A DNA stretch of 64,000 bases from a bacterium (GTDB taxonomy: Bacteria > UBA8248), in assembly GCA_965219955.1 (NCBI GenBank), contig OZ244799.1, positions 480,001 through 544,000 on the forward strand, read 5' to 3'. How positions within the stretch are numbered: position 1 is the first letter of the stretch; the number at the start of each line of letters is the position of its first letter. Below are positions 57,893-64,000 of this stretch, in pieces. Position numbers and translations under genes: made by a program. The notes under the pieces were generated by a model that saw only the letters and a list, made by a program, of their open reading frames with translations, was not told the DNA's origin and ran no database searches.

Positions 57893-58717
57893 TTGGCGAC
57901 GCTGGAAGTCGAGAGCCGGGGAAAGCTCGAAGTCTATTACGAGGAAGAGGGCGCGGGCGAACCCCTGGTGATGGTGGGCGGCCTCACAGCCACGGTGGAG
58001 GTCTGGGGGAAGCTGAGGGGTCACCTCGCGGCGCATCACCGCCTCATCATGCCGGATAACCGGGGGACGGGCAGGACGAAGGCCTATCAGGATGACGGCG
58101 ACCGTTCCCCCGCGCGCATGGCGGAAGACCTGCTGGGGCTGGTCGACGGGCTGGGTCTCGATTCGTTTCACCTCATGGGCGGTTCCTACGGCGGGACGAT
58201 AGCGCTCTCGTTTGCCGTCGCACACCCCGCAAGGCTCAAGAGCTTGGTCGTCGCGTGCTCTCATTTCGGAGGAGCCGACAAGGTCGCGTCCGCGCCGGGC
58301 GTACGGGAGACGCGCGCGCGGGGCGGCGCGCCCGACGCCACGGAAGCTGAGCGCCGGGCGGCTTTGGAGACCCTCTTTCATCCCGAGACGATAGACGAAC
58401 GCCCAGAGGTGGTCGCTTTCTATGACGGCTTCAAGCGCCGCTTTCCCATCAGCAAAGAAGAAATCGAGCGGCGCAACGAGGGAATGGCGGAATTCGACGT
58501 ATCAGAAGATGTCAGGACTTTGAGCGTCCCCACGCTCGTCATCTCGGGCGAGGCGGACGTTCTCGTGCCGACGGAGAATTCGAGACTCATGGCCGGGCGG
58601 ATTCCGGGGGCCGAGCTCGTGATCGTCGAGAACACGGGCCATCACTTCTATTCCGAACGCCCCGAAGCCTCGGCCGAGGCGATCCTGGCGTTTTTGAAGA
58701 GGCGCAGGTCCCCATGA
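57893..58717 (+). CDS. Alpha/beta hydrolase (enol-lactonase-like)
   Basis: DNRGTG, GGSYGG, GEAD, GHH. Confidence 0.88.
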   Translation: MATLEVESRGKLEVYYEEEGAGEPLVMVGGLTATVEVWGKLRGHLAAHHRLIMPDNRGTGRTKAYQDDGDRSPARMAEDLLGLVDGLGLDSFHLMGGSYGGTIALSFAVAHPARLKSLVVACSHFGGADKVASAPGVRETRARGGAPDATEAERRAALETLFHPETIDERPEVVAFYDGFKRRFPISKEEIERRNEGMAEFDVSEDVRTLSVPTLVISGEADVLVPTENSRLMAGRIPGAELVIVENTGHHFYSERPEASAEAILAFLKRRRSP

Positions 58718-59541
58718 ACATACCCGCTTTCGAGACGCTCCTGTTCGAGGTGCGCGGCCGCGTCGCGGTCGTGAGCCTGAACCGCCCCGAGCGGCTGAAC
58801 GCCATGAACCGCGTCATGCTCCGCGAGTTGAACGAGGCGTGTGATTTCATCGAGGCCGAAGACTCCATATTCGTCGCCGTTCTCACCGGAGAGGGCAAGT
58901 CTTTTTCCTCTGGTTTCGATCTCAAGGAACAGGCGGAGAACACGCCGGTCGGCTACGCCGAGTGGCGGCGCGCGCTCCGGCAGGATTTCGACGCCGTCAT
59001 GCGTTTCTGGAATCTCTCGAAACCCACGGTCGCCGCCGTTCGCGGACACGCCCTGGCCGGAGGATGCGAGCTTGCGCTGGCTTGCGACATCACCGTGGCG
59101 GCGGAAGACGCCGTGTTCGGCGAGCCGGAGCTCAAGTTCGGCGCGGGGATCGTCGTCATGCTCCTGCCCTGGCTCACGAACCCCAAGCTGGCCAAGGAGA
59201 TCATCCTGACAGGTGATGATGGGGTGTCGGCCCAGGACGCCCACCGCATGGGTCTCGTGAACCGTGTGGTTCCCGAAGCCCAAGTGCTCGATACCGCCAT
59301 GTCCATAGCGGAGAAAATGACGCCGATGGACCAGAGCCTCCTGCGCGCCACCAAGCTGGTGCTCAACCGCGCGTATGAGATCATGGGAATGGGCCGCGCG
59401 CTCGAAGATGCGCTCGACCTGGACCTCATGATCGAGGGCAGGGGAACGGAAGACAAGGCCCGCTTTCTGGAGATTGCGCGAACCGAGGGCCTTCGCGCCG
59501 CCGTCGCCTGGCGCGACGCGAGATTCGAGGATTCGGAATAG
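58714..59541 (+). CDS. Enoyl-CoA hydratase/isomerase family protein
   Basis: LNRPERLNA, FSSGFDL, ALAGGCEL, FGEPE. Confidence 0.92.
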   Translation: MNIPAFETLLFEVRGRVAVVSLNRPERLNAMNRVMLRELNEACDFIEAEDSIFVAVLTGEGKSFSSGFDLKEQAENTPVGYAEWRRALRQDFDAVMRFWNLSKPTVAAVRGHALAGGCELALACDITVAAEDAVFGEPELKFGAGIVVMLLPWLTNPKLAKEIILTGDDGVSAQDAHRMGLVNRVVPEAQVLDTAMSIAEKMTPMDQSLLRATKLVLNRAYEIMGMGRALEDALDLDLMIEGRGTEDKARFLEIARTEGLRAAVAWRDARFEDSE

Positions 59542-59542
59542 T

Positions 59543-59740
59543 GGCTGTTGAAAAAACGAGTTTCGGGAGCGGGCGCGTTCCCCTCGTCCTGCTTGGCCGC
59601 TGTTTCGAGCTCACCCTGAGTAGCTGCCGAAGGCGGCGTATCGAAGGGCGCTCCCCCTTCGACATGTTCGGGATGGGCTCTTGATGTGCTCGGGCTTTCC
59701 CTCGATACGGCGCGCAAGCGCGTCTACTCGGGATGAGGGA
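59543..59740. repeat. REP/MITE-like repeat cluster
   Basis: GGCTGTTGAAAAA end; CCCTGAGTAGCTGCCGAAGGCGGCGTATCGAAGGG family also seen at 84-290 and 30095-30320. Confidence 0.7.
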
Positions 59741-60010
59741 GAGACGCCGCCGTGCGCTCCCAGACAGGGGAACCACCGCAGGCATAAAAAAGCCACCAAG
59801 GTCCGCGTCATCAATAAACGTCACTGAGAGAGGCGTGGTGGCTATGTTGGCTTCAATATACTCTTCGAGTCGTAGTGATATCAAGCATAATCAGATCGAG
59901 GCTTGCGCTATTTTTAGATGAGATTCACAGAGTAGTTGTCTGCATATCGTGTTCGTTATAAATAGCTACTTCGTTTCGTCTTTTTTATTTCCCAAGGAGG
60001 AAGTTCACAG

Positions 60011-60565
60011 ATGCACCCACTCATCAAGAACCGAAGAAGCCTGCGCGCCTTCAACGGCGTGCCGCCAGAGGCCGAGAAGCTCGAAGCCATGCTCGAGGCG
60101 TTTCGCTGGGCGCCGTCCTCGAACAACCGCCAGCCCTGGCGCGTCATCGTGGTGGAATCAGAAGAGGCGCAGGCGAAGTTCGACGAATGCCTGAACGAGG
60201 GGAACCGCCAGTGGGCGGCCGCCGCGCCGCTCAAGATGATCATCCTCGGAAACCCGGAAGAACAGCCGGAGCGTTTCGGGCAGCAGCGCTACCTGATCGA
60301 CGTCGGCATGGCGCTCGAGAATCTCCTGCTCCAGGGCAGTGACTTCGGGCTGACCGTTCACGCCATGGCGGGCTGGGACGAGCAGAAGGTGCTGGAGGGT
60401 TTCGGCATCCCCGAGCCGTTCCGCGTCGCGGCGCTCTTCGCCGTGGGCTATCCGGGCAAGACCGAAGAGCTGCACCCCGACGTGCAGGCGAAAGACAACA
60501 AGCCGCCCGCGCGCAAGGACCCCGCCGAAATCTTTTTCTTGGATTCGTTCGGCCAGGCGAGATAG
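60011..60565 (+). CDS. Nitroreductase family protein
   Basis: RRSLRAF, WAPSSNNRQPW, GYPG. Confidence 0.92.
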   Translation: MHPLIKNRRSLRAFNGVPPEAEKLEAMLEAFRWAPSSNNRQPWRVIVVESEEAQAKFDECLNEGNRQWAAAAPLKMIILGNPEEQPERFGQQRYLIDVGMALENLLLQGSDFGLTVHAMAGWDEQKVLEGFGIPEPFRVAALFAVGYPGKTEELHPDVQAKDNKPPARKDPAEIFFLDSFGQAR

Positions 60566-60753
60566 CCGCGAGGCGTGCGTTTCACGGCGCGTTTCGCGTT
60601 TGACCCTCTTGTCCTAAGCCCCTAGAATCCGGCGGGTTTGCGGGTGAAACTTCCGCCGCCGGGAATTTCCGGGTTCTTCGCCCGGCCCGGCGGATTGCAG
60701 CGGTTCGCGCCGCCCGTTCATCGTCGGCTCTCTCGTCGCGGTAAGGGACTGTC

Positions 60754-61425
60754 TTGTTCTCATCCGATTTCATTCAGCAGCTGCTGATCGCGATACCGGC
60801 CATTCTGCTGGCGCTCACCTTCCACGAGGTGGCGCACGCCTGGGTGGCCGAGAAGCTGGGCGACAACACCGCGCGAATGCTGGGGCGCATCAATCTGAAT
60901 CCCATCGTCCATCTCGACTTGATGGGGACGCTCGCCTTCGTCATCTCCATGGTGGGGGGCGTGGGCTTCGGCTGGGCGAAGCCGGTGCCGGTGGATCCGC
61001 GCAATTTCCGTCATCCCAGGCGTGGGATGATGTGGGTGGCCCTCGCCGGGCCGGCGACGAACTTCATCCTGGCGATCATCAGCGGTTTTTTGTTTTCTCT
61101 GCTGCGCGGCTCGGGCCTGGGCTTCACCTTCGTGGGCGAGCCGCTCATGCTGATGCTGCGGGCGAGCTTCACCATCAACACCGCGCTCGCGGCGTTCAAC
61201 CTGATTCCCATCCTCCCCTTCGACGGGGGGAGGGTCGTCATGGGGCTTTTGCCGAGAAGACTGGCGTGGACTTACTCGCGCAGCGAGCCGTTCGGGTTCT
61301 TCATCGTGCTGGGCCTGTTGCTGCTGGGCGCGCTGCACACGATCATGATGCCGATTTTCGTCGCCCTGGCTACGGCCGAGCAGGTTTTTGTGCTAAATCT
61401 TCTCAGAATCTTCGGTTTGGCGTAG
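60754..61425 (+). CDS. Site-2 protease (peptidase M50)
   Basis: HEVAH, ALAGPATN, FNLIPILPFDG. Confidence 0.92.
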   Translation: MFSSDFIQQLLIAIPAILLALTFHEVAHAWVAEKLGDNTARMLGRINLNPIVHLDLMGTLAFVISMVGGVGFGWAKPVPVDPRNFRHPRRGMMWVALAGPATNFILAIISGFLFSLLRGSGLGFTFVGEPLMLMLRASFTINTALAAFNLIPILPFDGGRVVMGLLPRRLAWTYSRSEPFGFFIVLGLLLLGALHTIMMPIFVALATAEQVFVLNLLRIFGLA

Positions 61426-61462
61426 CGGGTTTCTCGCAGGCGCGCGTATAGAGGACACACCG

Positions 61463-62485
61463 ATGACGGACAGCCAAAACGAGAAGAACCGGCCGACGCG
61501 GTTTCTCTCCGGCGTGCAGCCCTCGGGAAAACTGCACCTGGGCAATTATTTCGGCGCGCTCAAACAGCACATCGCGCTCCAGGACGAGGCTGAGGCCTTC
61601 TATTTTATTGCGAACTACCACGCCATGACGACGGTGCAGGACAGGGACTTGCTTTCGGAGCAGACGCTTGCCGTGGCGATGGACTACCTCGCCTTGGGCC
61701 TGGACCCCGAAAAGGCGGTTTTCTTCCGCCAGTCCGACGTGCCCGAGGTGAACGAACTCGCCTGGATGCTCTCCGCCGTCACGGGCAAGGGGCTTCTCGA
61801 TCGCGCCACGTCGTTCAAGGACAAGGTGGCGCGGGGCATCACGCCCTCGATGGGGCTTTACTATTACCCCATGCTCATGGCTGCCGACATCCTCATCTAT
61901 CGCTCCACGGTCGTGCCTGTGGGGGAAGATCAGGTGCAGCACCTCGAGATGACGCGGGACATGGCGCTCGCTTTCAACAAGGCGTATGGGGAAATCTTCC
62001 CCCTGCCCACCGTCAGACTCGACGCGGGCGCGAAGGTGCCGGGCCTGGACGGCCAGAAGATGAGCAAGAGCTACGACAACACGATAGAGATTTTCGAAGA
62101 GGGGAAACGCCTGAGAAAGCGGGTGATGTCGATAGTCACCGACTCCACCCCGCTCGAAGAACCCAAAGACCCCGGCGCCTGCAACGTGTTCGCCCTGTAT
62201 CAACTCTTCTCCGATGAGGCGGAACAGGGGGAGCTCAGGGAGAAATACCGGACGCCCGGGTTCGGCTACGGCAACGCGAAACAGGTTCTCTTCGAGAAGC
62301 TGGATGCGTATTTCGCGCCTTACCGGGAGGAGCGGAAACGCCTGGAAGGGGATATCGGCTATGTGGAAGGCGTTCTGGCCGAAGGGGGCGCCAGGGCCAG
62401 GGCGGAGGCGCAAAAGACGATGCGCCTCGTGAGGGAGGCGGCGGGAATCCCCGGGATGCCCGTATCGGCTGTCGAAACGACATAA
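61463..62485 (+). CDS. trpS: Tryptophan--tRNA ligase
   Basis: [26 protein letters not shown]. Confidence 0.96.
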   Translation: MTDSQNEKNRPTRFLSGVQPSGKLHLGNYFGALKQHIALQDEAEAFYFIANYHAMTTVQDRDLLSEQTLAVAMDYLALGLDPEKAVFFRQSDVPEVNELAWMLSAVTGKGLLDRATSFKDKVARGITPSMGLYYYPMLMAADILIYRSTVVPVGEDQVQHLEMTRDMALAFNKAYGEIFPLPTVRLDAGAKVPGLDGQKMSKSYDNTIEIFEEGKRLRKRVMSIVTDSTPLEEPKDPGACNVFALYQLFSDEAEQGELREKYRTPGFGYGNAKQVLFEKLDAYFAPYREERKRLEGDIGYVEGVLAEGGARARAEAQKTMRLVREAAGIPGMPVSAVETT

Positions 62486-62501
62486 AGGACTGGATGGGAG
62501 A

Positions 62502-64000
62502 ATGACGACGAACTACAAGGAACTGCTGAACCTGCCCAAAACCTCGTTTCCCATGAAGGGGAACCTGCCCAGGCGCGAGCCGCAGATGCTCGAGTCCTGG
62601 GAGGAGCAGGATATTTACGAAAAAATCAGGGACGCATCGCAGGGCTGCAAGAAATACATCCTGCACGACGGCCCCCCCTACGCGAACGGGCACATCCACC
62701 TGGGCACGGTGCTGAACAAGATATTGAAGGACGTCGTGGTGAAATCGAAGCAGATGGCCGGCTTCGACGCCGTCTACGTGCCGGGGTGGGACTGCCACGG
62801 CCTGCCCATCGAGCACCAGGTGGACAAGGAACTCGGCCGCAAGCGCTTCGAGATCGACGAGGTCCAAAAGCGCAGGATGTGCCGCGAATACGCCGAGAAA
62901 TACATCGACATCCAGCGGGACGAGTTCAAGCGCCTGGGCGTATTCGGGGACTGGGAGCGGCCCTACCTCACCATGAGCTACGACTACGAAGCGGCCACCG
63001 TGCGCGAACTGGCGCGCTTCATCGAGCGAGGCGGCGTGTATCTGGGCCTGAAACCCGTGCACTGGGCGCCGGGCCTGAGAACCGCTTTGGCCGAGGCCGA
63101 AGTGGAGTACGAGGAGGTCACTACGCCGAGCATCTATGTGAAATTCCCCGTCTCGGACGAGCAGTTGCCGGGCTGGGCGGAGAAGATCGAAGGTCTGGGC
63201 GAGGCCGCCCGGGGAACGCCGGTGAGCGTTCTCATCTGGACGACGACGCCCTGGACGCTGCCCGCCAATCTCGCGCTGGCGTTCAGTGAGACTCTCGAAT
63301 ACGGCGTGTTCCGCCACGGGGAGGAGTTGCTGATATTCCACGAGCATTTCCTTCCCCGGTTGAAAGAGCTGGCCGAACAAGAGGGGATGAGCGTCGCCTT
63401 CGAGAAAGTGGCGGGTTTTCAGGGTGGCGCAATCGAGGGCCTGCACGCGCGGCATCCCTGGATAGAGCGCGACTCGCTCGTCGTGAAGGCCGATTACGTC
63501 ACACTCGATCAGGGCACGGGTGTCGTGCACACCGCTCCCGGCCACGGGCGCGAGGACTACGAGACCGGCCTCAAATACGGCCTCGAAGTCTACAGCCCCA
63601 TAGCGGACGACGGGAAATTCACCGACGACGTGGCGCATTTCGCAGGCCAGTTCGTCTTCGATGCCGACCCGAACATCATCACGCATCTTCGCGAATCGGG
63701 CCGCCTGTTCGCGGTGGAGGATTACACCCACCCCTATCCGCACGACTGGCGCAGCCACAGGCCGACCATCTTCCGCGCGACGCCGCAGTGGTTCATCTCG
63801 ATGGAGCACGCCGATCTGAGAAAGCGCTCGCTGGCGGAGATACGAAAAGTCGCCTGGGTGCCGCCCTGGGGCGAGGAGCGCATCTACGGCATGATCGAGA
63901 ACAGGCCGGATTGGTGCATCTCGCGCCAGCGATCCTGGGGGGTGCCCATCGTCGCCTTCCATTGCGAAGATTGCGGGCACGTAGTCGTGGACGCCGAGGT
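62502..64000 (+). CDS. ileS: Isoleucine--tRNA ligase (runs off the window end; absent from the ORF track)
   Basis: [74 protein letters not shown]. Confidence 0.96.
   Translation, partial: MTTNYKELLNLPKTSFPMKGNLPRREPQMLESWEEQDIYEKIRDASQGCKKYILHDGPPYANGHIHLGTVLNKILKDVVVKSKQMAGFDAVYVPGWDCHGLPIEHQVDKELGRKRFEIDEVQKRRMCREYAEKYIDIQRDEFKRLGVFGDWERPYLTMSYDYEAATVRELARFIERGGVYLGLKPVHWAPGLRTALAEAEVEYEEVTTPSIYVKFPVSDEQLPGWAEKIEGLGEAARGTPVSVLIWTTTPWTLPANLALAFSETLEYGVFRHGEELLIFHEHFLPRLKELAEQEGMSVAFEKVAGFQGGAIEGLHARHPWIERDSLVVKADYVTLDQGTGVVHTAPGHGREDYETGLKYGLEVYSPIADDGKFTDDVAHFAGQFVFDADPNIITHLRESGRLFAVEDYTHPYPHDWRSHRPTIFRATPQWFISMEHADLRKRSLAEIRKVAWVPPWGEERIYGMIENRPDWCISRQRSWGVPIVAFHCEDCGHVVVDAE

Noticed and set aside
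62235-63980. 581-aa minus-strand ORF
   Set aside because: Antisense to ileS, which is the real gene but lacks a stop inside the window.

Overview
GC-rich bacterial chromosome segment from a diderm organism (outer-membrane barrels, autotransporter). A host-associated lifestyle such as marine invertebrate symbiosis is an inference only. The backbone is metabolic and housekeeping: a Liv-type ABC transporter, an M20 amidohydrolase, an NCS2 permease, aceE/aceF, dehydrogenases, hydrolases, trpS and a partial ileS. It is densely interspersed with palindromic REP-like repeats and MITE-like units. Four accessory features stand out. (1) A ~12 kb putative sterol uptake and remodelling island (39.5-52 kb) encodes a Neverland/KshA-like Rieske oxygenase, an MMPL/RND transporter, an ERG6-like sterol C24-methyltransferase, a GPP34-domain/cytochrome P450 fusion, OM barrels and a LolA-like carrier; no sterol biosynthesis genes are present in the window. 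(2) A low-GC candidate defence operon encodes an RHH regulator, an amino-MTase, a BglII-like nuclease, a ParB-like protein, an SNF2 helicase and a DUF3883 nuclease. (3) An unannotated probable selenoprotein fuses a UxxC glutaredoxin to DinB, with an in-frame TGA followed by a SECIS-like hairpin. (4) An IS110/IS1111 element has bridge-RNA guides, a CG core, a REP target and a circle-junction promoter that can all be read directly from the sequence. No rRNA, tRNA or CRISPR array was seen. Family assignments come from motif recognition, not database searches.
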